20,000 bases of DNA from Hydrurus foetidus (taxonomy: Eukaryota): positions 47,993 to 67,992 of the forward strand of contig UYFQ01000292.1 of the NCBI GenBank assembly GCA_900617105.1, written 5' to 3'. Positions 9,501 to 20,000 of this stretch are shown here, one piece after another. Each line of letters begins with the position of its first letter. Positions within the stretch are counted from its first letter, which is position 1. Position numbers and translations under genes: made by a program. The notes beneath the pieces were generated by a model that saw nothing but the letters and a program-made list of their open reading frames with translations, was not told where the DNA came from and ran no database searches.

Positions 9501-12246
9501 ATGCTGCAATTTGTCAGCTCCTTTGAGGAGCTTATGGTATCGCTGGGATATTTCTACTTGACTATTCAGAGTTACATGGCGAAGGACTCGAAATGGATTA
9601 TCAACTTAACAGTGCTGTCTTTCATGATCTCGTGCTTCTACACTGCAAAAGTCTATGAAAGGAAACGCCGTGATCTTTTCATCGTTTGCCAAAATAGTCC
9701 GTTCAACATAAAAGTTGCATCAGCTTTGAGAGACAATATTGGAGATTACCAACCTCCTTGGTGGTATAATCGTCACTTCGGCACAATGATTCCTTTTGGA
9801 TACAATCCAAATTTAACCTACGAGCGAGAGATATTTACAGTGGAAGATGCATGCTTCGCAGTAGACTGGTTTCCTAGGAAACCAGTGCAGCAAACTTCCT
9901 CTTCAAAAGCGTTTAAAATTTGTGTTTTTTATCCTGGACTAGGATTAGGATCGCAGAATGTAAGATCGTACTTGATTTAGTATCTAACCTCCTGTTTTGT
10001 AAACGCTTAATCTAACTTGGCCCAATGCGATGCTATGACATGTTATTATCGTCACAGAAATTTGCACAGCAATTTGTGCTTGCCATGTCGCAGCAAGGAT
10101 TCTACTCAGCAATAGTGACTTCAAGAGGTGTCGATATTCCTCTGAAAACATCACGGTATGAGAGCAATTATATAAAATAAATCATGTAACTGTTTCTCCA
10201 TCATCATGTCATGATGATAATTCTGATTTTACTTCGTATGACATTACTGGCATGCAAATGTTCCTACGAATCATCTCTTAAGTACGCATGCAGTCCAGTA
10301 TTTCTATCTCTGACGTACGTCAACGAACGTTCTTCATATTCTTAACAGATTCTGGCATCCTGGACTGTATGACGATTCAAAACTCGTTCTGCAACACATA
10401 GATCAAATCATTCCTAACGCAGATATATTCCTAGTGGGATTTTCTGCGGGAACAAATATTGTTCAAAAAACGGTTTTAGACGTCAGTTTAAGCGTACGTA
10501 TTCGAGGTATACTTTGTGTGTGTGTGGTGCGGGATTATATCGAAGCCAGGAATGCGCTTGAAGATACGTTTCAAGGAAGAATGTATTCTAGATTGATGAC
10601 GTCTCTGTGGAAGGTGGGTCAGTCAGAATATATGAGTGATTGAGTGAGTGATTGAGTGGGGGAGTGAATGAGGGATCTAATGAGGGATTGTATGAGGGAT
10701 CGAATGAGGGATCTAATGGGGGATTGTATGAGGGATCGAATGAGGGATTGAATGAGGGATTGAATGAGGGATCGAATGAGGGATTGAATGAGGGATTGAA
10801 TGAGGGATTGAATGAGGGATCGAATGAGGGATTGAATGAGGGAGTGAATGAGGGATTGAGTGAGGGATTGAGTGAGGGATTGAGTGAGGGAGTGAGTGGG
10901 GGATTCAACGAGGGATTCAATGAGTTTGAACATTACAAAGCAAGTAATCTGTCAGTGATTCTAGGGACAAGTAGAGGGCGAACTTGTATTGGTGAATTGA
11001 AACCGTATATTCTGCTTCTTTACTGATGAGTTGAGTAGCTACACTTTAATACGTCTTCAGCGAAGTGTGTTAAGTAATACTATACTGTGGTGATATATTG
11101 AGAAATAGAGGTAGTGAAAGAGAATGAGGGTGTGAAGGGTGTCGACGGGAGAGGGATAGCATGAGTGAGTTAAGTGGACATCGACTGAGTATATTAATTT
11201 TTGTGGAAGTACTCCAAAGCGTTACGGGTGTACTCAAGGCTCTTCATTTATTCCAGGTCCACGTTTAATCTGGACCCACCCCTATACACGACAATTACCT
11301 GTACCGTACTTTTTTCAGTTTTCAGTACGGTCAGTTAATTGTCGTTTATAGGGATGGGTCCAGATTAAACGTGGACCTGGAATAAATGAAGAGCCTTGTA
11401 CAGCGAAAAATTGTCACTAACTATTATCGAATTACAGCAGTCAATTTATTTCCAATTTGTTTTACACTGTTACCCGTTACGAAATGCAGGAAATCATACA
11501 CAAGAATTCTCACGTACACGATGAAATAGGACGACAAGAAGTGTCACGAATGATGTCATGCACGTACTTGAGTGAGTACGACAAGATAGCATGCAGTGCT
11601 GTATACGGGTACTCTTCAGAATCAGAGTATGCAGAAGCGGTGTCGAGTATAGGTAGGTCTCTACTATTCATTCTTAGCAGCTATAATTGTGTTGTGTTGT
11701 GTTGTGTTGTGTTGTGTTGTGTTGTGTTGTGTTGTGTTGTGTTGTGTGTCGTGTCGTGTCGTGTCGTGTCGTGTCGTGGTGTCGTGTCGTGTGGTGTGTT
11801 GTATAGTGTTGTGTTGTATTGTATTGTATTGTATTGTGTTGTATTGTGTTGTATTGTATTGTATTGTATTGTATTGTATAATATTGTATTGTATTGTATT
11901 GTATTGTGTTGCACTGTACTTTATTGAAATGTATCAAATTGAGAAGTCATCCCTGAATAGCAATATCATATTTCTGTATTTGAAAATGAGCTGTATGAAC
12001 CACGTATATCGCTTTGTATTTTAAAATGCGGTGGAAGGAAATCCCGTAGACTGCTGTTTTGTTGTTGCCTTGATAATACAGTGTTCTACATTGCGCAGTC
12101 TCTCGCTTTCTGCTTTATTATTTTCTCTGCTCATCTTCGTCAATCGCTCATTTGCCTTCAGTTCACCGTACTCTACGTAACTTATTTAACTCGGTTATTA
12201 ATGTATATTATGAGTGATATTAATATTGTTACTATTATTATTTTTG

Positions 12247-12293
<47 letters not shown>

Positions 12294-13177
12294 ATTATTT
12301 TAGTCAGTGTTGTTGTGATCGCATATTATTTTATTATCATTAACATTATTATCACTGATCTTTTAATCACTCTCATTAATCTTCTCTGATTCAATTCAGG
12401 AACCAGAGGCATCCACGTTCCATTTCTCGCCCTTCAGCCCAGAGACGATCCGCTACACCAGGTAATCAAAACAATTTAATGAAATACATCACATCACCCT
12501 TTCCAAAATGAAACCGCAGAATCGAGCAACGTAAAAAGTTAAAATTCACAGCAACTGGAAGATTAAAATTTATCATCATGTATACGTCTCAACTAGATTC
12601 CCCCCACACTACTTTGAAACTTCTGGATCAATTTGCATGTGACGAATTGCTCCGTGATATAATTATTTGTTTTTTTATAACCGTTTTTTCATCCTTGTAC
12701 CCCCAACATCACAGCATTAATATTAGTAACAATAGTTACTACAAAATCATGTAATGGCTGTCACACGTCTTTTAAGATATGTGTCTCCCCATTTTAACTG
12801 GATCAAGAATACTTCCACCGTATATCTAGTTTCTGCAATTTTTCTAACTCTCTTCATTTTTCTTATTTCGTTTCATTTTGTCTTATGTTGTCCTATTTTG
12901 TCTTACTTTGTCTTATCTAGTCTTACTTAGTCTTGTTTTGTCTCATTCTGTCTCATTTCAGAGGGACGTTAGAAGCCATTTGCTAGTCGAAGAATACACA
13001 AGAAATCCGAATGTTATTTATGTGGAGCCAGAGTACGGAAATCATTTTGGATTTTATGAAGGGGGACTATTTGAATTATTTTCAAATAAAACTTCTTACA
13101 CTTTTCCAGCAAAAATTGCTCTGGAATTTTTTAATTTAATATTAGAGGAAAATAATTGTAGCGCAAAAAAGGAATAG
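9501..13177 (+). CDS. ABHD1/2/3 (YheT-like) alpha/beta hydrolase, 420 aa, 6 exons: 9501-9959, 10058-10155, 10349-10613, 11490-11652, 12400-12461, 12962-13177
   Basis: All introns are GT-AG with matching phases, and the joined CDS is 1263 nt. Family motifs: YQPPWWYNRHFGT, YEREIF, AVDW, FYPGLG, SRG, FWHPG..DD, nucleophile GFSAG, VPFLALQPRDDP (Asp) and GNHFGFYEG (His). There is an N-terminal hydrophobic segment. Confidence 0.9.
10636..10925 (+). repeat. G-rich 12-bp minisatellite (GAGGGATTGAAT)n in hydrolase intron 3
   Basis: About 23 units with variants GAGGGATCGAAT, GAGGGATTGTAT, GAGGGAGTGAAT and GAGGGATTGAGT, starting ~20 nt after the donor. Confidence 0.95.
11235..11398. mobile_element. 164-bp near-perfect palindrome; MITE/foldback-like element or hairpin-RNA precursor in hydrolase intron 3
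   Basis: The outer 44 bp (11235-11278 vs 11355-11398) are a perfect inverted repeat. The arms extend to 11310 and 11324 with 3 mismatches and 1 indel around a 13-nt loop. The palindrome is certain; mobility is inferred and the target-site duplication is ambiguous. Confidence 0.6.
11688..11915 (+). repeat. Compound pentanucleotide microsatellite (GTGTT)n-(GTGTC)n-(GTATT)n in hydrolase intron 4
   Basis: Three successive blocks of related pentamers, read directly from the sequence. Confidence 0.95.
12220..12355 (+). repeat. (ATT)n trinucleotide microsatellite, degenerate at its edges, in hydrolase intron 4
   Basis: Pure ATT run at ~12252-12290. Confidence 0.9.
12850..12958 (+). repeat. Degenerate (GTCTT/ATTTT)n pentamer tract forming the polypyrimidine tract of hydrolase intron 5
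   Basis: ttttgtcttatgttgtcctattttgtcttactttgtcttatctagtcttac... lies immediately before the acceptor at 12961. Confidence 0.7.
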
Positions 13178-13816
13178 AATATGTATGGAACATTATTATC
13201 TTCATTAATAACAAAATTAAACTTATTTAAATGAAGTGAATCTGACTTTATTTGGTAAAACTGGTCGGTTTAATTAGTACTAGACTCAATATCTTTAGTG
13301 AATACGTCTAGAGAAGAGCAGAACATTCTTCGGAACATTCTTTTGATTTTCATTAGGAACATTCTTAGAACGTCATGAAGCCAATATAGTTCTAATTGAA
13401 ATTCTGTTTCTGGCTCAAATTCTCAAAATACAAGTGGTGCATACGTACGTACGTACGTACATTCCAGATATCAATGAATTGTGACTTTTGTCCATTTTCA
13501 AACTTCGTTTTGTAACGTACCAAATAATTCGTTTTACAGAAAATACCGGAATTATTTACGTTTTTTGAGATCTGCTTTTAAAAATACCGAATCAAGTTGT
13601 TTCCTCCAAATGTCATTTTGTATTGTCTGACTTTTAGGGGTCAATAATCACACTTGACAAAACGTAAAATAGAATTAGCATAGCGCTTATTTATTGGCAA
13701 AAATTAGATGAAGCATTTCGGAGGATTCTAGTGGTAATAATAAACAACTGAAAAAAAGAGAGGCGGAAGAAGATATCATAAATAGACAAGAATTGCCACA
13801 TATCAAGCTGCGAAAA

Positions 13817-16800
13817 TTAAGGCTGATTTTTGTTTTTTATCTTTTTCTTGCTACCGACTTGCACCGGAGCACAAACCTCACATTGTTTGAAAAAAACAAG
13901 ATCAGAAGCCGGAGGGGATCGTGGATCTGAGATTCCAGTATTTCCATTTTCATCAATGATTGGATTCCATTCGTGACAGCGGCATTGCAATAATTTTCTT
14001 TTTTTGTTCTCTAAATTATCCGTTTGATTATTATTTTGATTTTTATCCCTCTCTTTTTCACTGTTATTTTTTTTGGTCTTTTCTTTGTCTTTATCTCTTT
14101 GCTTCTCTTTTTTATTGTCAATACTTGGGGTGTCAAAATCATCATTCTCATTCTCATTATCTTCTTTTCCCCCAGGGGGAAAGGCTTCTATCAGAGCTGG
14201 CATGATAGCAGGTGCCCATAGAAGATCTTGAAAAGACACCCTCATAAAGTCGAATGCTAACAGAACGTAGTCAAGGGAGTTAGGGGGGAGGGACGGGACG
14301 GAAGGGTATCTCTGACTGAAGTGTGTGAGGATGAGTCGATATGCACGCATGTCTTTTCCCACTTGTATAGCTTCGCCTACAGTGCAGTGTCTTTTCGCTG
14401 ACGCCTCTTTTAATCCTAAAATGAAATAAAAATAAAAATTAAACAAAACAAGATGACAAATAAGGTGAAATAAAACTGAGAGTAGATAAAAGAAGATGAA
14501 TTCAAGGCTACAAAAAAAGTAAGATAGCTTCAATAAATTAGGTACGGTACAAATTGAAAGTGCAGAATCGAGGGAAAGAGGATATGAATAAAAAGTGACA
14601 AGATGAGTTGAATAGATAAAAGATGGAATAAAAGGTGTAGAGATGAATTGATGTGCATGGAGAAGAGAAAGAGATATGATGTAACGAATGCAGCGTACAA
14701 CTGCGTTTGAAGTAAGATAATAAATAATATCCAAATACACGATGGAATGATGTTAGTACGTGGCGTACGATGTCTTCTTACACTAATACATAAAATGAGA
14801 CTATTATCCGTATCTTAAGATCACAAAAATCACCTAGTTCATCGTCTTCGAATGTTGCTTCGTGAATAAGAACAGCGCAGTCCCTTCCTACTTCACAAAG
14901 CAGACGACTAGGTCTTGTATCTCCGGAATAAACAATTTTCATTTTTTGAACAGGTTTTGCAAGAGGTATTGAGTCGATAGGAATTGAAGAAAGTTGGGAG
15001 GATTGTGTGGAATTTGGTGGATCCAAGATCCCAGTGGGACAAGTTGAAGTTGAAGTTGTGGTGTTGAGTGTGTGTGGTGAGAAGTCACTGAGAGTGATGA
15101 CAGTTCCGTATGCTTGGGGACAGTGAATGACCTTAACGTTCTCCACCTGATCGATGCCGAGATCTCTCAGTATCTGTAAAGCTGCTACATAATCTTTATC
15201 AGCTTTACCACGCCAATTAATTGCTGATCGATTAGACACACCAAAAACACCTTTAAAGTCATTTAAAGGACTCACAGGAATCTCATAAGAATACCCGGAT
15301 TTGTTTGTATTTATTTCAACTGAATTTACTGTTGAAATATTTTCACTCAGACTGGAAATTTGATTTCTCTCATACGCGTCTGAATCAGCATCTAATTTAA
15401 TGTAATTTGCATCTGAATCTCCAATATGACACCAGAAGCTGTCCCCTTTCTCACCAGAATCTTTTTTATCAAATTGTCTAGAGGAGATAGGGAGATAGGA
15501 ATCTCGCAGATAATCTTCTTTATCTGCCTCACAATAATCTCGTAAGAAACACAGAACAGAAGGAGGAGCAATTAATAACACCGGATAAAAAGGTAGCACA
15601 CTCCCACCATTTTCAACTTTATCACTCTCTCTTTTATTAGCTATTGTCATCAACCGTTTCCTCTCCGATAGAATCATTATCAGTCCCAAGTGATGGTCTG
15701 CGTGTGGGTGGGAAATCCAAATCAATTTCAAATTTCTCGCTAGAGTCTCTTCTATGCTATATGAAGCTGTACGATCATATTTGATGCTAATTCCATTATT
15801 TTGATGCGTGCTAGAAGAGGTAGATTTTTCTTCGTATTTGGTAGTAGTGTCTACTATTTGGTCGGGCAGTACAAGAGATGGTGTGCAGTGAGACATTCGT
15901 ACCATTTGTTGCCATGTTCCTTCCCCGGCATCAAGAAGAACCGTGGACCGACCAATTCCATAGTACGTACTTTCCGTACGAACATCACAATAATTTGTAT
16001 TCCGTATGGGAAGATGAATCAAAATACCGGAGACATTTCTGTATTTTGATGGTATCGCACACGCAGTTCCTAAAAAGGTTATGCTTCCCCCTAAGGATCC
16101 ACATAACTTCAAGAGGTCAGCTTGTTCATTCTCAAAATTGTAATTTTGATTTATTTTTTCACTTTCTTTCTTTTTATTGTTTTCCTCTTTTTTATTTTTT
16201 TCAACAAATTCGAATTCTTTGGAATATTCTGGATCTTCTTCGATGACGTCACTCATCGCAACTTGAACTTGAACATCAATTTCAGAATTCTTTACACTGG
16301 CTGAGAATTCTTTTTCTCTGTCAATGTCTTTTATTTTTGGGTAGCCGTAAGATGAAAATGATTTCCCTTCACCTCGCGATTTGTGATAGTTCCCAATGTC
16401 ATTATTTTCATTCATTTTGTTGATATTTTCGGCATCTTTCTTCTTATCGCTATCAGTATCGTCACCACTGCTGATCGATGACTTAGTTTTAACAGCCTCT
16501 ACTTGACTTTTCTCATCAACGCTCTCAGCTCCACCCATGCTATTCAGAACATCTTGGCCGTATTCTTCACCGTATTCCTGGCCGTATTCAATCCCGCCAA
16601 CCCCGGATCTCCGTCTAACCGCCGCAGCATATTCCAAACAATCCTGAATGATAGTATTATCCCCAATATTACTCCAAAACTCTAATAAGTTCGGATCAGA
16701 TGGGGTGCAAACCCTGGGGTCATCCAGATCTGTAATATTAGGTGCTATTTCGAATTTGGATGTTGGACAGCGCGATGTGCTGTGAACTTCTCTCACATTG

Positions 16801-18795
16801 GTTACTTCCATTTCACAACTCTTTGTCTCTGTCTTGTCTGCATTACTACCACTACATTGTACAATCTCATTAGATGCAGATTCCAATAAGGATGTTGAAG
16901 TTGAAGTTGAATTTGTAGTTGCAGTGACGTCACGATTAGTTGAGTTGTTCCAGAAGGAATAGGGGACCAGTCCTTTTCTTCTGAAAGGCAGAATGTCGAA
17001 TCGCATCAAGGCAGCGCCTTGAATGATGCCAACACTCTCCACTGCTCTCTTGTGATCAGCCCCACTGTTACTTTTGTCGTTGTCAATATTGTCATCAATT
17101 CTTCGTACTTCATCGTTTTTGTCACCACTGCTGCCACTTCTAATATCCATCTTGTCATTGTTATCATTACTATTATTTTTCTCCTCTGAAGTGCCTTCAC
17201 TGATGTCAGAATCAAGAACAGCATCTAATTTGTCCGAACCACCATCCGCTGGGCGCTTATCCTTCCTCTCCTTCTCTGCGCTACCTCTCGACAAATCAAG
17301 GTGTACACGATGAAACCCATCCTCACCACACACAGACGTTGGAAAGGTATCTTGCAGCGTCATAGACGAAAAGAAATCAGGGCACAATAAATGCTGTTTT
17401 ATGTTCTGTCTTGTTGCTGCGATGAATGAGGATTGGTCATTGCAGATGTCTCGACCAATTGCTATGTGTGTGGTTGAAGAATGTTCCGCGATCCAACGTG
17501 CGTAGTCAAAAGTTTTCAAAGTCGCGGAAGGGGAAAAATGCACCCTACATCAAATAGATGGAGAATAAGAACATTAGATGATGGATAATGCAATAAGATG
17601 CTGAGAAGACATATGGTCTCTGGATCAATAGGAACCATATGTTCTGTTCCTTTCTGTTCTGCACCACTTGTATCCATTCCCTTCTTTTCTGTTTTTGTCA
17701 GTCATGCCGCAAACTCTTTCAGGAGCTCGGTATAGACACCCACAAGAAATCATAAATATTACAGCTCTTCCAATGCAAGACCACAAACTATTTGATTCAA
17801 TTCAGTGGAACGTTCTGTCCGTACTTACATGCAGTCCATCCTGCCTTCAAGGTCACCTCCGACTCGAAATCTGATAAAACATAACATGAACGTAATCTTG
17901 AGCTCTCTCCTAATGTAGGAGTATCTTAATACGTCTAATAATGTCACTGAAGAATATGATACCTTTTTAGCATTTCTTGAGAGTAGAGTTCGTCAAGTAC
18001 AGTATGGTTGTCATTCTCGACAGAACATATTATTGCTACGTATCTCCCTGGCACGGCTTCCTCGAGAACTTGCGCTGGATTAATGACTGTTCCATCTGCT
18101 AAGGTTACTGATGTTCCGCTTTTCAATGCTGCGAACATTGGTCCTAAAAAAAGATTATTTTTTTAGTCAACTTCATCACGAGGTTCATCATCAATCACTT
18201 GCTCGGAAAACTTTCGTATCTTTCCATTGATCATTATGATAATGCTATGGACTGTCTACAAATTCTTTCTGACTAATTGAGAAGTTTTACCTTTCGGTAT
18301 CTTTAAAGTTAAAGCTTTCGAAACATCAAACTTTCCCGCCAGTTGAGGAGTCTCACATACGTAGCAGATATGCGACCTCCCAAGCACTAGATTATGAATC
18401 GTCATATCTGCATATTTCTGCGTTGATATGATCAGTGCTGATGATGGGGTTCTGCTGGAAGGTTCCAGAATGGACACATCGAAAGTTGATCGTCTCATAA
18501 AATGTCCCGTTGCTTTCCAGAATGATGAGATACCCGATGGTCCGACAATAGAAACATGAGATTTCCCAGCATCAGCAGCAGTGAGACAAAGACCTGGCAA
18601 GCCGCCAATAGTATCGGGACAGAGCCTAGTCAAATGCACTGCATCAAGTTTCGCAATCCTTGCTCTGTGTTCGACGCACAGGCGCTGGATTCCTTCTCCA
18701 CTGTCAAATAAGAAACGCGAGCTCTCTGTTGCAACTATTACTGAAGGTGAGCAGCTGACTGTGTCCAGTGACAAGACTTGCAAATATGTTGTCAT
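13817..18795 (-). CDS. ELAC2: Long-form tRNase Z (ELAC2/Trz1, tRNA 3'-processing endoribonuclease), 1345 aa, 5 exons: 18795-18291, 18143-17963, 17870-17829, 17544-14834, 14415-13817
   Basis: All introns are GT-AG with matching phases, and the joined CDS is 4038 nt. N-terminal half: FLFDSGEGIQR, GGLPG, GKFD..KA..L.IPKGP.F..LK.G (flexible arm). C-terminal half: FLGTACAIPSKYRNVS (PxKxRN), LLDAGEGT, SHPHADHHLG (HxHxDH), HCPQAYG, YSGDT, HEATF, HCT, THFSQRY. Confidence 0.95.
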
Positions 18796-19099
18796 AGCTG
18801 CACTTCACGCGTGAATAACGAGATCTCGGAAATACTGATGCCGCTGCTCGATTAAAATTTCTTCAGCATGCTAATCAAGATAAGCTCAGCTTCAATCAAG
18901 AATTTGGAAGCAGATCAAGGCTACGAGCTGCACTTCTGGGCTGGTTCCCAAAGGAGATGAAGAAGGCTCAATGGTGGATCATACACTAGATGACTAGTCA
19001 CTTGTCAACTACACAGTAGCAGTAACCCTATCAATTACTGTCGGGTATAGCATAGAGGTTCTTACAAGGACAGTCCCTTTGGGGTAATTTCAGACGGAG

Positions 19100-20000
19100 G
19101 ACTGACATACGAAACATACACCGACGAATGTTGTACGACGTTACGTCACCGATCCTCGAAATGAAACCTCAGAATCCAAAGGAACTCGTCGACATTTTGA
19201 CTGAGGACGATGTTGTACGTTGCACCGTACCGACCAAAGGATCCAAGACTGAAAGTTGCGACACTGATAAACATGCGTAGTTCAATTACAGCTAGCATGG
19301 ACATCAACGAAATGCACCATTTTTACATGCTTCCCATCAACGGAGACTATTTTCATCGGTGCAGTGCGTTTCCAGGTAAGTTTGGGTTTGTATTCTTTAG
19401 TTGAAGAAAGACTGAATTGATGTTGGTAACTGGTCAAACTACAGTAGTTAGCAACTAGAGTACGTTTTACACCCCTCTGAAATCTTATAAAGTTGTTCTC
19501 TTTCGTTTTTGATGTTGTCAAGCAGAAATTAACGGGAACAAAACGAAGACTGAAGAAACCGGATAAATCGGAAAGGTATTCAATAGGTATTCAATATACA
19601 ACTCCAGCTGGAGGCTGGAGAATCCACACTCTGGAGAGAGCTGTGAGCGTTCAGCCTCAAGTGCAAACCGATGAATACAAGTTTACGAATCTTTAGATTA
19701 ACTTATGCGATAAGTGTCTAGAAGGAAAACATCATGTTGTGATACACGACTCCTAGTCAAAGGAGCAATTTTGAATTTTATCTTTGCGTTTTCATCATCC
19801 ACATAGCCCCTACCCGACGACTCACGCCATAGGGGTGTGTCGGAATAACTGTCTGTTAAGTAACCGTATAAGTCATTACGTGTGTATACTTGATGACGTT
19901 TCACCGTCGTGTGCTGTGTGGGGGTCGCTACTCCACACGGTCCAGGTTGTTTTTAACCCAGGAACATCGAAAGCAATGAAAGGTACACCATGTTTGACTG
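19100..20000. other. Unresolved, possibly coding or fragmentary region upstream of RNase Z
   Basis: Balanced composition, several 50-80 aa ORFs on both strands, and a strong + strand donor (CAG|gtaagt at 19376). I could not build a consistent spliced model or recognise a motif. Confidence 0.25.

Noticed and set aside
10588..11026. ORFs with NPSF/LIQS/NEGL repeats; possible CRISPR or telomeric array
   Set aside because: These come from the intronic 12-mer tandem repeat, which has no unique spacers. GGGATT is the reverse, not the reverse complement, of TTAGGG, so it is not telomeric.
11674..12389. Cys/Val-, NTIQY- and poly-Ile-rich ORFs
   Set aside because: Translations of microsatellites in hydrolase intron 4.
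14416..14740. Hydrophobic N-terminal part of ORF 13817-14740, suggesting a membrane RNase Z
   Set aside because: It lies in intron 4. Splicing 14834 to 14415 directly joins HEATFEDDEL-G-LKEASAKRHCT, as expected for the family.
13960..17313. Hydrophobic Phe/Ile-rich + strand ORFs
   Set aside because: Antisense shadows of the K/E/N/D-rich RNase Z coding sequence.
1..18795. Idea of a functional gene cluster (EF-hand protein, Ca/Mn transporter, two metallo-phosphoesterases, a hydrolase)
   Set aside because: These are unrelated eukaryotic housekeeping families in mixed orientation, with no evidence of a shared pathway without synteny data.
18852..18869. uORF MLKKF* upstream of RNase Z
   Set aside because: The transcription start is unknown and such short ORFs are expected by chance.

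Overview
Gene-dense, intron-containing eukaryotic nuclear DNA with no prokaryotic features. A stramenopile/ochrophyte-like protist is my inference, from the short GT-AG introns filled with pentanucleotide microsatellites and a possible bipartite plastid presequence. I spliced five protein-coding genes by hand. (1) A large minus-strand protein with divergent EF-hand-like motifs, running off the left edge and missed by the ORF track. (2) A 4-exon Nocturnin/CCR4-like EEP-family gene, 2785-5685 (+), 548 aa. (3) A 2-exon TMEM165/GDT1 (UPF0016) Ca2+/Mn2+ transporter, 7982-8840 (-), 259 aa. (4) A 6-exon ABHD1/2/3 (YheT)-like alpha/beta hydrolase, 9501-13177 (+), 420 aa. (5) A 5-exon long-form RNase Z (ELAC2/Trz1), 13817-18795 (-), 1345 aa. 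The most unusual item is the Nocturnin homologue. Its catalytic GDFN Asp is replaced by Cys (GCFN), a ~140-aa two-transmembrane-helix hairpin is inserted inside the EEP fold, and it has a signal-peptide plus transit-like N-terminus. It is therefore a candidate membrane-anchored, organelle-targeted NADP(H)-binding pseudo-phosphatase. Also notable are a 164-bp near-perfect intronic palindrome (MITE or hairpin-RNA candidate), a G-rich 12-mer minisatellite, and strand-biased intronic pentamer arrays. Regions 5700-7930 and 18900-20000 are unresolved.
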